64,000 nt of DNA from Octopus sinensis (taxonomy: Eukaryota): positions 96,224,001 to 96,288,000 of the forward strand of contig NC_042999.1 in the NCBI RefSeq assembly GCF_006345805.1. Reading direction: 5' to 3'. Shown in pieces: positions 25,845 through 37,726 of the stretch. The translations under genes and the position numbers were made by a program. The notes beneath the pieces were generated by a model that saw only the letters and a program-made list of their open reading frames with translations, ran no database searches and was not told the DNA's origin. Positions within the stretch are counted from its first letter, which is position 1. Each line of letters starts with the position of its first letter.

Positions 25845-26225
25845 GCAATACCATATGTATTCTCTGCAACGCCATCATGAGTGATACATTATTTGCACCA
25901 TGTGGAAAATTTTCCACCAATATTATCCAAATATTATTATATACAACTCACCCAAGGCTAGGCCCCTGTGTAATGCATTCCCTACAAAGGTCAAGTTCAC
26001 ACCACATAAGAACTTTGCAACACAATTTCTTCACTGCAAATGGGCCTTCTCTTTTCAATGCTATCCCGAAAGAAATTAAAGTAGAAAAAGGTCCAACAAC
26101 TTTCAAACGGTACCTGGACAAATTCTTCCAGGAAATACCAGATAAGTCACCTACACCTGGATACATTTCAGCCAACAACAACAACTCTTTGCTTGAGTGG
26201 CCCATGGTATCCCAAAACAATTAAT
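25845..26225 (+). mobile_element. CR1/L2-clade LINE 3' end (ORF2 C-terminus)
   Basis: YSLQRHHE*YIICTMWKIF followed (frameshift) by HNFFTANGPSLFNAIPKEIK...FKRYLDKFFQEIPDK..PGY...NSLLEW, a typical CR1/L2 ORF2 terminus. Confidence 0.8.
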
Positions 26226-26723
26226 TGAAAGACTTTGCGAGGTGGTGGTATTGAGTTAGTCATGGTTTGGACCATTAATGGCCGAAACCAATCTAAGTTA
26301 AGTTATCTAAATTTGAACAAAAGAGGGAACATAGATAATAGAAAGTTGAGTCAGATACTTCACAGTTTCATGTTCAGTGCTGTTTGTTTGAGTTCAAATG
26401 TTGCAGGATTTAACTGTATCTTTCATCTGTATGTGTGTGTGAGGGGGGGGGGTAGCAATATAAATGGGAGTAATATATGGGTAAGCTAATTAACATCTTA
26501 TTTTTTTTACAGTATTCTCATTTTAGTAATTTTTAATAAGCTAACATATTTTTTTCTATCATCACTATAGTTTGTTTGTTTTTTTCCTTTATAGCAATGA
26601 AAAATTGCCTTGTAATATTTCTGTTTATGTATGTGTATGTTTTTACTTATTAATTTGTGTATCACTTTGTTTGTATTTACTCTGTTCTACATTTTTTTTT
26701 ATCTTTGTTCTTATCTTCTTCAG

Positions 26724-26904
26724 AAATATGAAGCCATTGAAGTCTGCCAGAAAAGTTTGTTTCACATTGAACTAACGAAATCAGTGGCAGATCCTGAATT
26801 TGGCTTCCGAGTGGAGGCAGAATTATCAGATCACTATGATAAGGATGATGAATTACAAGTTTATGTATGTGAGATCAAACCAGGAGGTTTAGCTCATCGG
26901 AAAG
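26724..26904 (+). CDS. sif: sif/TIAM exon: RBD end and N-half of PDZ (KYEAIEVCQK...PEFGFRVEAEL...GGLAHRK)
   Basis: Acceptor tcttcttcag|, donor AAAG|gtcatt; 181 nt, phase 0-1; EFGF is the GLGF-loop equivalent. Confidence 0.88.
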
Positions 26905-27052
26905 GTCATTAGAGTTTCATCTTTTATTATTAAAAATATATATTTGTGTGTGCATCTAATATTAGCCCTTTCTTAGTCAACATATGAAAGCTATTTTAAT
27001 ACAATGGCTTCATGTCATTCTTCACAAGCAAATCTTGTTAATAAGAGATAAT

Positions 27053-27455
27053 TCATCAGCATCATCATCATTTAGCGTCCGCTTTCCATGCTAGCATGGG
27101 TTGGACGGTTCAACTGGGGTCTGTGAAGCCAGAAGGCTGCATCAGGCCCAGTCTGATCTGGCAGTGTTTCTACAGCTGGATGCCCTTCCTAACGCCAACC
27201 ACTCCATGAGTGTAGTGGGTGCTTTTTACGTGCCACTCGCACCGGTGCCAGACAGAGCTGGCAAACGGCCACGGACGGATGGTGCTTTTTACGTGCCACC
27301 GGCACGGGGGCCAAGCGAGGCTGGCAACGGCCACGAATGGATGGTGTTTTTTACGTGCCACTGGCACGGAGGCCAGTCAGGGCGGCGCTGGCAATGGCCA
27401 CGATCGGATGGTTCGCTTACTTGTCACCGGCACTGGTATCACAGCTGCAATTTCT
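27053..27455 (-). mobile_element. Young CpG-rich RTE 3' end with ~3.5 tandem 62-67-bp units
   Basis: (CAT)n tail; units start at ~27218, 27281, 27343, 27410; the two central units carry gtgccacYggcac, the outer ones are degenerate. Confidence 0.85.
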
Positions 27456-27913
27456 ATTGATGTTGATCGACTTCGATTTTGGTTCTGCTTTCTGATATCT
27501 GATTTGATTTGGTTTGATTTTGATTGTCAATATAAAACATTTTGAATAGCTTCTGCAAATCAAAGACTAAAACATTTATTATAAAAAAAAATTTTTCAGA
27601 CTAATTTCATCTAATTTTAGAGATAGAAGATCTCATGAAATGGGAGAAAGTCAAAATCAAAAGTGCTTATGGGTTAACTTAAAACTGAAAAACATCACAG
27701 ATGCAAATAACCAACAGATAATTCTATCAAAATACATGGATATATATATGTACACACACACACACACAAATGTAGGTATTTTTTCAATGTGTACAAATAA
27801 CATGGAAAAAATAAATAGTTACCAGGGTAGCTAAAATTCACATAAGTACCAAGGATGTTACACCATACTTATAAAGGTATAAATTCCAGGGTTAAGTGGA
27901 ATGTTTTTGTATA

Positions 27914-28458
27914 ACATAGATAAATTAAGAAATGGAGTTAAACGCAGGTGTTTTTCAAATCTTTATACTTCCGACATATTTTTCGAAGAAAACATTGATA
28001 TTATTCTGGAGGGAATAAAAATGATGTAAATCAATGCAATCATCTTGTCAGGGAAAAAAAGAGAAATAAAAAAGCACATCAGTAAGTCATTTTAACTGAA
28101 TGTGATTACGACATATATAATGAAGGGGAACACTGGCAAGTTATTTTTTAAAAAACTAATAGATTTAATGTCAAAGACAATTTAGAGAATTGCCTTTGAT
28201 ATTAAATCTATTAACATTTTTTTAAAAAATAACTTGCCAGCATTCCACTTCATCATATATGTCGTAATCACATTCAGTTAAAATGACTTACTGCTGTGTT
28301 TTTTTTTTCTTTTTTTTTACCCTGATGGGGTGATTGCATTGTTTTACATCATTTTATTCCCTCCAGAATAATATCAGTATTTTCTTTGAAACATATGTTG
28401 GAAGTATAAAGATTTGAATAACACCTCCATTTAACTCCATTTCTTAATTTATCAATGT
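27914..28458. repeat. Long near-perfect inverted repeat (foldback), arms ~270 bp, 5-nt loop
   Basis: 27914-28182 is the reverse complement of 28188-28458, e.g. cagtaagtcattttaactgaatgtgattacgacatatat (28080) versus atatatgtcgtaatcacattcagttaaaatgacttactg (28255); loop tagag. Confidence 0.95.
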
Positions 28459-28495
28459 ATGTATGTATGTATCTATCTATCTATATATATATTTA

Positions 28496-28527
<32 letters not shown>

Positions 28528-29239
28528 GGTGTGTGTGTTTAATATTATTTCTTTATTTCACATAAATGAAATCTATAGAGAAGTATCAAATGCCTGTATG
28601 AAAGACATAAACAAATATGTAACTATTCAAAACATATAACTCAGTGCATTGCAAATTTAGCTCACTTTTGCTTCTCTTCTAATACTCTATTTAATAATTT
28701 TGCTAAAATGAAATGGTGCTCAACAAAAATATTATTGTAGTTGGCATAATATCAGAGTAAATTATTATTGAAAATTAACTCTAATCCTGAACTGAAGCAA
28801 TATTAGTAAGGAGGTCCTATAAGAGAAAGGTTCAAACAGTATACAGGTCCAGATCCCAAAAAGTTGAATAAGTTATAAATATCTGTCAGGCTGTTTTTTT
28901 TTTTAATCATAAACCCAGGCTGCTTTTAATATCAAAGAGATATAGATCCCAACCAGTCCAGATTGAGCCTATACTGTCTTACTTCAATTAGATGTCATTA
29001 TTTAGACAAATGCTATCAGCAGTAGCTGAAGCAGTTTAATGATAGATTTAGACTCTTGAAGTAATAGCTTGGCTAGTATGTTTTTAGTTTCAGTGGTTAT
29101 GACACTGAATATATCTATAATCTTTTCAGAAAAAAATTTGAACATTTTGTAAGAATCATTAGTTTTCATATTGTATGTGAATTGCAAATCACTCCTAAAT
29201 ATGCAAGGTTTAGTTGTAAGATTTCTTTCTTACTCCATT

Positions 29240-29450
29240 CTGTGGTTCATCTGTCATTAATGACCATGGACAGGGTTCCTCATTGTGCACCCTACTTGAA
29301 CAGTGTTGTCTGTCACTGAACAGTTTGATCTGCAAATGGCAGCCTCTTTCACAAAAGCTGCAATTGTGACTCGTTCCAGTACTGTTTAAGTTGTTGTTTT
29401 TCCTTGGTCTTATCTCTTCAGTATAGAATGTTCAATGGGATTCAGTCCTG
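29240..29450 (-). mobile_element. Second RTE-clade LINE 3' end relic
   Basis: Minus strand HNCSFCERGCHLQIKLFSDRQHCSS resembles the C-terminal CxxC..H..C motif of RTE ORF2. Confidence 0.5.
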
Positions 29451-31224
29451 GGTGATATGATATGGAAGACAGGTTTTTGTCTATGCAGCATGTTTTCCCT
29501 CTCCACACTACTGATGCAGCCAACGGAATAGGTTGGCCATTACAATTTCACACTAGCATCAACATAGGAGTTGCCAGAATGAGGTTGTTGACAACATTGG
29601 ACTGCCTCTAAGACTCCAACTCCCAATTTTTTCTCTGGGTTTACTCTCAAAGTCTTCCCCACAGCTGGATATGGCCACAAGGTGGTTGGGGTTTGGAATC
29701 AGAGTTTTCCTTCTTCTAGATGGGCTGCCAGCCCCTGAGCTAATGAGCTCTATCTGCCCTGACTGACTTGCTAATTAAGCTTAGCTGAGACCTGACAGGT
29801 GTCATTATTTCAGGTCAGGGTAGACCTGGGAACAGTGTTATCTTGCCTTTTACTTTTTTCTATCTTAAACAGTCATAGTGTATTTTCAGAGTTAGTGAGA
29901 AGAGTTTGAAGAGACTCCAGCAACTGGATTAGCTGTAAATTTAATTGCATTTGAAAATAATGGAAAGTGATTACCTGTTGTCATTGGATGTATTTTAGTT
30001 TCCGGCTTCACAACAATAAAAAGTAGATTTACTTGGCCGTGAACATCTTTCAAAGTATCCAGAAATAAGTTGTTTATTTCTCTTTGTATGATCAAATATA
30101 TTATCTGTTTATTTCATACACATTTGGAGTTTTTATTGGAAGATGATGCATTAAATTGTTAGTATCAAGTAAAATATTGGTTTTAGCCTTATTTCATTTA
30201 TTTATTACATATTTTATCCTTTTTGTAGTTAAAATATGTTGAAAATATTCAATGATTTTTTAGTATTCTATCATTGTAGTTCTTATCCTTGTTTAGTTCT
30301 AGATTAGCCCTCATCAAGCAAACCTATGATCAAAGGCATTCCAGCTGTGACTTTCCATCTTTTGCTTAACATGTCTTTTTAAGACATAGGTATGATTAGA
30401 GGGAGATTAAGCTGCTATTTTTAGCAAGACAAATGATCTTGTAGCAGTTTCTCTCTTTTCTTTCAGTGGATAAATATTTTACTTCCCTTTTTTGTTTTTA
30501 GGTTTTGTAAGTAATGATTAAGTTAAAAACACAAGAATTCTTTATAACTTTTAAGAGGTTGTGTCATTTCCAAATTGGGCTTATTTCTGATATAGATGTT
30601 GGTTTTACTATCATAACTCACCAGTAGTATAATTATTACAATGATGTTGCTTAACTGTTGATCTGCCATTCAGGTAAGAGTGAATGTTGATATTCTCTTA
30701 TTCTTATATTGTTATTTATTTTCTTTCTTTGAGATCAATTGATATGGTGTTTTTCAATAGCTAACTTGTGTATTTATGAGAAGAATATTCATGTATATGC
30801 ATGCACATACACATGTCATTAATGTGTTCAGACACACAGTCACACATTTATACATATGTATGATGACATATTTCAATCCTATAGCATTTATAATACTTTT
30901 AGAAACATGTTTACTCAAAAATGAACCATGCTTTTTCTCTTTTTTATTAATGTATCAGATGAAGCAGAGCAGTTTGCATGACCTTGCAGGCTCTTGCAAA
31001 TTAGTGATATTGGTAGCTAATGTCTATTGACCTTCAGTATGTTAATATCTATTAGGAAAACATTAATTGAGGAGGTATTGTAAAAAGACGCAGTGATATG
31101 GAAGAATGGCTAAGATTTTAGAGTGAGATATTGTAGGACACAACAGGAATGCTTAGGATATGGATGTGTGTAAGCTTTTTCATCATTGCTTCTAAGTTTT
31201 TTTTTTTATTTTCTTAATTTGCAG

Positions 31225-31482
31225 GGTTGATTCCTGGGGATGAAATTTTAATCATCAATGGAAAGATAGTCTCAGAGCTTGATATGGTATTCATTGAAGC
31301 CTTGCTTCATGAATCCCATTCTTTATGTATGACGGTTCAAACCTGTCGTGTTCAGGTTCCAACTGTGGTCAATGCAGGAGGGCCGTCAGCAGATACCAAT
31401 GACAGCATTATCCAAAATACCATTGGCACTCCTCCACAGCCTAGAGACAAAGCCTTAGCTGATTTGTCTGTAGGCTCTCCAG
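31225..31482 (+). CDS. sif: sif/TIAM exon: C-half of PDZ (GLIPGDEILIINGKIVSELDMVFIEALL) and linker
   Basis: Acceptor taatttgcag|, donor CCAG|gtaata; 258 nt, phase 1-1; GDEILxING PDZ signature. Confidence 0.92.
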
Positions 31483-32662
31483 GTAATATGTTTTCCATTA
31501 CATATTTCATTTTCTTTCTGGATATGTTTTCATTTGTATATTAATGTTGCTTTCTATTCATTTCACTCTTATCCTGAAGCTGCTCCTTACAGAAACAGGT
31601 GATTCAATATGTTACTTTCTATGGTGCATATTTAAAAGCTAATAATTGAACAATATAATAACACTGTTAGAGGATGAAAAGTGTTGCTACTGTAGATTAG
31701 GCTGTTTATACATTAAGCGTAAGATTCAGCAGAGCATGAAAAATAGAGGTAGAAGCTGAAAAACATTATTTAAACTAAAGTCAGAATGAGTAAAAGACGA
31801 CATGGTCAGATGAAGTGTGAATAATATGCATTTGATAAACTAATACATAAATTACAAATCACAAAAATATGTAAAATTATGAAATATTCAAATAATATAT
31901 GGAAAAAGGATTTATTATTATTAACATACCCAAGCAGAATTCCTAGAGTTAAAGGAATAACCAACTAGACATTCCACCTGCAAGAAATAGTAGTCAAGTC
32001 CCTTTTGAATTCCATCCTGTCTTATAGCATAGATATGCTGTTCCCAAAGAAAGTACAGTACAGTCATGGTTGGAACAGCTTTAATTATTTGTTTACTATG
32101 TCACATGAATAGATATGTACTTGATAGTCACAACTGACTTCAACAAAAACAATTGCAAAGTGATTCTAGATATCTCAGGTTTTCAGTATTTCAAGGTTTT
32201 TACTCTACCTTAATATTAAGGAGTTATTGTTGAATATATTTGGTTTCAAAACTTCTTGTTTGTCATGATAAACACAATAGTTCACCTGTTTTCAGTTTTC
32301 TCTCATTCACTATTTTATCTGTGAGTTGTATCAGCTTTAAGCCAGGTGGTTATTAAACAGGTAAATTCAGTCAAACAAAAAGACAAGACTAAGTAATGTG
32401 ATACATTAGTGTACTCATTCATGTGAACCAACTAAGAATATTATTGACATTTGAAGAAAACAATTGACTTTCATAATAATAGCTTGTTTCATGTAACAGT
32501 TACTACTAGACATCTGACATGAAATGTCAAGTTTTATCGAGCAAGGTGAGAAATATCATTGGACAAAAATGGATACAATTTTTGTTCTCTTCATAATATG
32601 CACCTTAACAAATAGTCAAAATATATTTCACTCCAGCTCTTCTTTTATTTCTGTTATCATAG

Positions 32663-32751
32663 GTCGAGATTCCAGACAGGGCACTTTGTCACCACGAAAA
32701 TCACCATTACCACCAAAGCTCTCTCCAAAAGAGATTGATGTTCTTCTAAAG
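32663..32751 (+). CDS. sif: sif/TIAM linker exon (GRDSRQGTLSPRKSPLPPKLSPKEIDVLLK)
   Basis: Acceptor ctgttatcatag|, donor AAG|gtaaat; 89 nt, phase 1-0, which bridges the flanking exon phases. Confidence 0.8.
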
Positions 32752-34129
32752 GTAAATGTTATTTTTTTAACTATTTCTGTTTACTCCTCTTTTCTATTTA
32801 TAATTCTGTTTCTGACTGCTTTCATCAAATCTACACAACTTGAATTATTGTTAAATGTAAATATAATAGATACTACATATTGTGGAAATGTAATGTTATG
32901 AGTGTTGTACTTCTAAGCTGGTAGATATTAAAAGATTCAAATTTTCAACTTTTTTAAGGAATGTATAGTCTTATTAAAATTGCTTGTGTGTGTGTGTGTG
33001 TATAGTTGTTGGTATCAAGGTATCTTTTCTATATTTACAGACTACAAACTATCTATATCCCCAAAAAATTAACTTTAGGAAGTTTTCCTTATTGTCTAAA
33101 AAGCTACATCCTGTACACACACACACATATGTAGAATAGCAATATTATCTTATTATATACATAGAAACACAAATATATATATAATAAATAATGTTTGTTG
33201 CCACTTCAACATTGCTGTTCCATACGCAACAATGTTACCACTCTTTTTTAACCCCAGGTGAACCCATGATATGGTAAACTTTTGGTTGCTATTTCTAGCA
33301 GGTCAAGCAACTACAAAAATTGTATGTATTTGTAGCACATGTGATGGCTTGATTGTATTGTGTTTGATTGATGTGGTGCTCATGATACATTTCTTGAGAT
33401 GTCTAACATCTGCATTTTGGTCTTGATAATATCAACACATAATAGACACATACAGTAGGGATATAGGTAGAGTGTATTTAGTGTGATTTCAGAGACACCC
33501 TTATGGTAGCATGTCGTTTCATGTAAAATGAGAATATTTTTCTAGTATGGAATTATCTTCCGCACTTGATTTGTGTTTCCATGAATCATATAATTTTTGA
33601 TTGAACTTGCTATAGTGTTTGTTTAGCCACAGATCAGGCCTATTCTACTCGTGGTTAAAAGTATTCCAACATTCCCAATTTTTGTTTTTTCTCAGAAATA
33701 TAGAACTACATTATTTAATATGTATTTCCCGTTTTGAAGTACATTATTCTGTGATATGGAAGTTATTTGAGTGTCTACATAAAGCTTTACTTATAGGCAA
33801 ATTTATAATAATGAAATATAGCCTTATTGACAGATACCTCTTTCTAACAATATAGAAAATACCAGGTTTTTAAAGGCACTACTCAGTTGTTAACAGCTAT
33901 TCTCTGAAAAAGTATATATCCTCTGGAACATATGTTATCAGTCTTTATGTGATGAATATGTCCTCAGTTTTGTATTATAAACTGTACAGTTAAGAGGGAA
34001 AGTTGTTTGTGTTTTGAAAGCTGCGACATTAAATCCCTTAAGACTGGGCTTTTAAATTCATTTGCAAATAAAAACTGCTAAATTCCACTCTAGGATATCC
34101 TTTAACTAATGTTTTCATTATCATGGTTT

Positions 34130-34265
34130 AGTAAGGTAGCAAGCTGGCAGAATCATTAGCACACCAGGCAAAATGCTTAACACATTTTGTCCGTCTTTAC
34201 ATTCCGAGTTCAAATTCCACTGAGATTGACTTTACCCTGGCCTTGTGCGAAAATTTAGAATCATT
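34130..34265 (+). mobile_element. Family-B SINE with central domain deleted
   Basis: aaggtagcaagctggcagaatcattagcac...gagttcaaattccactgag head joined directly to the tggccttgtgcgaaaatt tail. Confidence 0.7.
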
Positions 34266-34299
34266 ATTATAGTTTAGTCAAGAGGAAGGAAATGTGCCT

Positions 34300-35760
34300 A
34301 TGACTTCCATAGACCCAGTGAGATTGATTCCATTAGTGCACTTTTTCAGTAGTTTTAAGTTGATAGCTGCAAGTAAAGCATGTGCAGAGAGGAATTTCCA
34401 GAAAATGTTCTGAAGATGAAGGACTTTGTTATGTTGAGGACATATCCTCACTGGGAGTAATGCTTAGTAATGGTGAGGTTCAGCATTTGAAGAGTTTGTG
34501 AGGGTCCTAGTTGCATCTTGTTCTTGTTTTGGAAAGTGAGGCATTATAATACTTTGTGATTGTGTCTTTTTATTATTAATAGAAAAAAAATTGGTATAAC
34601 TCCATTGGAAGATATTTGTAAGGTCTCTATCCATGGAGTCATTGCAGATTTGGTTTGAGGTGTCTAGCTTGTCTGTAGACACTTGGGTGCTGAAGGTTAG
34701 AAGGAATGTAAAAAGGTATCATCTATGTAGGGGTGAGTTGTGCTTGGAGTGATAGCATGTAAGTCAGTGATGTGTATGAGTATGACAAACTCAAATCCTA
34801 GAGTACTCTAGAATTCATAGAATAAGGGTCAAAAACATCTCCATCAGCACATGTTTTGAGAACAATCTATGAATCCAAAAGACAAGAAATAGATGAAGTC
34901 CTTAAGCGACCAGTTTTATTAAGAGACTCACCTGGCAGATATGCTCAAAAGTTTTGCTAATGGGGAAAGCAACAACACTACTTTCACCAAATTTCTCGAG
35001 CCACTGATGAGGGATATGAGAGAGTTATGTCTTGAGTAGATCCATATGGATGAACATTAAGGAGAGAAATTGAAGGTGTTGGAGAAGACTATTGTTGATG
35101 GCTGCTTCCATCATTTTTGAAACCTTGTAAGTGAGCAATAGGACAATAGTCTGCAATGTCACAAAAATTGTCCTTCTTCAGAATGTAATGCACTGTCATG
35201 TTTTATACATGAGCATATTGCTGGAGAAAGAGAGAAACTGAATATTGTGGTAAGGTTACAAGCTCTTGGCACATTGTCTGAGAGTAATAGGAAATACATT
35301 ATCAGGAGAGATGACCTTGTTGGCTTGATGCAAGTGGAGGTACTTTCAAAATTGGTATCTATGTATGTATGTGTGTGTGTGTGTGTATGATGAAATCATT
35401 TTTGAGGGAAAAGAGATATTTTGAAGGAGATTTACCTGATGTATGCAGTATGTATTTGTATGTAAAGTGACATTGTCTGTAGGAATACTGCTCACACAAC
35501 CATCATGGGTGAATAATGCTGGAAGGGGAAATTCTGCAAAGTTATTAATGATTCATGTAGCATGGGATCAAAAGGATGAGCACAGTAGGAAGCATCCATC
35601 ATGGTTTTTGTGAATTTGATACACAATTACGTATTTCTGAGGAACAGAAATGTGGTAGCAATAAAATTCAGAGAGGAGGCTGTATGTCTACAGGCAAGAA
35701 ACTGTAGTGTTTGGTGCACTTCTTTTGCTAGTCAGTATGCTTTTGAATGCAGTCTAGAAT
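34300..35760 (-). mobile_element. Old CR1/L2/Jockey-type LINE reverse-transcriptase relic
   Basis: Minus-strand remnants in correct order: PDNVFPITLRQCAKSL, VSKMMEAAINNSLLQHL (~35075-35124), YIDDT (~34715-34729); many stops and frameshifts. Confidence 0.65.
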
Positions 35761-36128
35761 ATTTGTGGATTCCTAGATACTTTATTTTATACCAAAATAT
35801 ATAGAAAAATTGCATTTAAGATTTTAAGCATTTTAAACAACACTCTGTAGCTAATAGATTTCACACTTCCTTCAAGTTCACTTAAAATATTTTATTGCAA
35901 ATGCAACTGATCTTACATGGTTTACCAAGAAAAAATGGAAATACATTTTACAGTATATACAAAAAAACATACAAATTATCTGTTTTTAATACATGCACCA
36001 AGAAAGATAAGTTTCTGGAATAGTTGAATTTGATATGTATGTTAGTTTTTAGCATTTATTTCTCATGATTTCTGGTGAAATTGGTTATACCACGATACAG
36101 TTGTTCTAATTTTATTAATTTTCTTCAG

Positions 36129-36272
36129 AATACTGAGCAGGTGACTGCAATGTGCCGTCTTCCTAATGAACCTTACCAGTTTGGAGAAACTCCTTCCAGA
36201 CCCTTATCTGAAGCACAGAAGTTAAGGAAGGTCATCATGGAACTTCTGGAAACAGAGCGTGCCTATGTGAAG
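36129..36272 (+). CDS. sif: sif/TIAM exon: start of DH domain (NTEQVTAMCR...LSEAQKLRKVIMELLETERAYVK)
   Basis: Acceptor ttttcttcag|, donor AAG|gtaata; 144 nt, phase 0-0; DH conserved region 1 (ELLETERAYV). Confidence 0.93.
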
Positions 36273-36596
36273 GTAATATTAATATATTTTGAAATAGTTG
36301 AATTTGTAACTTGGAATGCCTCATCTATAATCAATTAAAGCAAAATAAATATAAGTGCTTCTTTTAAGAAAATTGCATAAGGCTTTTGATTATAACTTCT
36401 AATTCAATCATTGCTATTATCTTGATTACAAATAAATGGTTGACTATGTCTTCAGAATAACTTGTAAAAATAGTAAGTGTAATGCATTTAAATTGGCAAA
36501 CCTCAGTTAACAGAACTGGAATTAATCATGTTCAGCTACAACGATGCTGAATTTGAAATATAAGGTTTCATAATAGCCACAGCTAAAAAGTACTCA

Positions 36597-37140
36597 TCTC
36601 ATCATCATCATCATCATCATCATCATTTAATGCTCATCTTCTATGCATGCATTGGTAGAACAGTTAACATGAGCTGGACAAGTAGATGACTACTCCAGAC
36701 TACTGAGTCTGTTTTGGCAAGATTTTTATGGCTGGATGCCTTTCCTAATACTGACCACTCTGCACAGTAGACTCAGTGCTTTTTATATGGCACTATCACA
36801 GGCAAGATTAGTTTTGGCATCATTTTTACAGCTGGATGCCCTTCCAAATGCCAACCACTTTACAGTGTGGATTGGATGCTTTTTACATGGCACCAGCCCT
36901 GACAGAGTCATCAAGTAACTTGCAGGACAAGGAATTTTGAGAAGGGCAGGAACATTTGAGGATGGAACTTGTGCCAGAAGATGAAAGGTTAGAGTGTGAT
37001 AGAGAGACAGAAATAGGTATCTTGCTATAACAGTGATCTGGTGTCAGATGATGAATGGTTAAAGCATGACAGAGAAATAGAAAGGCAGAAACAAGTGTCT
37101 TGCTATAGAGGAGGTATATGGTTACCCAGCAAGAAAGAGA
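36597..37140 (-). mobile_element. RTE 3' UTR fragment (long-UTR type)
   Basis: (CAT)n tail, duplicated gctggatgcc..ccaaccact motif; colinear with 9601 and 10908. Confidence 0.75.
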
Positions 37141-37531
37141 AAGTTGTGTTAGTGAGATATTGTCACAAATGCAACAGATGCACCTCAGTTTTTCTAACAA
37201 ATAGTTTAATTGTAAAGTATCATCATAAATTAAATCTTAGAAACAGTTTTTGATTTATACCTCAATTAAATTGTTTCTTGTGGGAAATGATTTGAGAAGA
37301 CATGTTAAATTTATTTGACTTCTAACTGAAAAACTGATTTCATATCTGCTGATCAATTATTCACCAACCACTCACATGTGACTTTGGTCTAAAGTGGAGT
37401 TTTTTTTTTAATGATTTGTTATGTGCATGATAGTAAAAAAATGTTAAGTTAATTCCAATTGTAAATTATTGCTTATAAAAGCACTATTTCCTTTCATTTT
37501 ATTGTATACCACTTATATCATATCTGTACAG

Positions 37532-37726
37532 GACCTCAATGTGTTGATTGAGCGATATTTAAATCCTCTGAAGGCAGAGACACTCTTGACATCGGATGAG
37601 ATAATGCAGTTGTTTGGTAATATCCAGGAGATTGTTCAATTTCAGGAACAATTTCTGCAAAGTTTAGAAGAAGCCATAGAGCTAGGGGGTGACTTCTTCA
37701 CCCTTGATGACCCAAAGAAATTTCGG
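37532..37726 (+). CDS. sif: sif/TIAM exon: DH domain (DLNVLIERYLNPLK...LFGNIQEIVQFQEQFLQSLEE...PKKFR)
   Basis: Acceptor tctgtacag|, donor CGG|gtaagt; 195 nt, phase 0-0; LFGNIxEI DH motif. Confidence 0.94.

Noticed and set aside
33258-33273. ccccag|16 nt|gtaaac small exon
   Set aside because: Not 3n, has an in-frame TGA and sits in repeat-like sequence.
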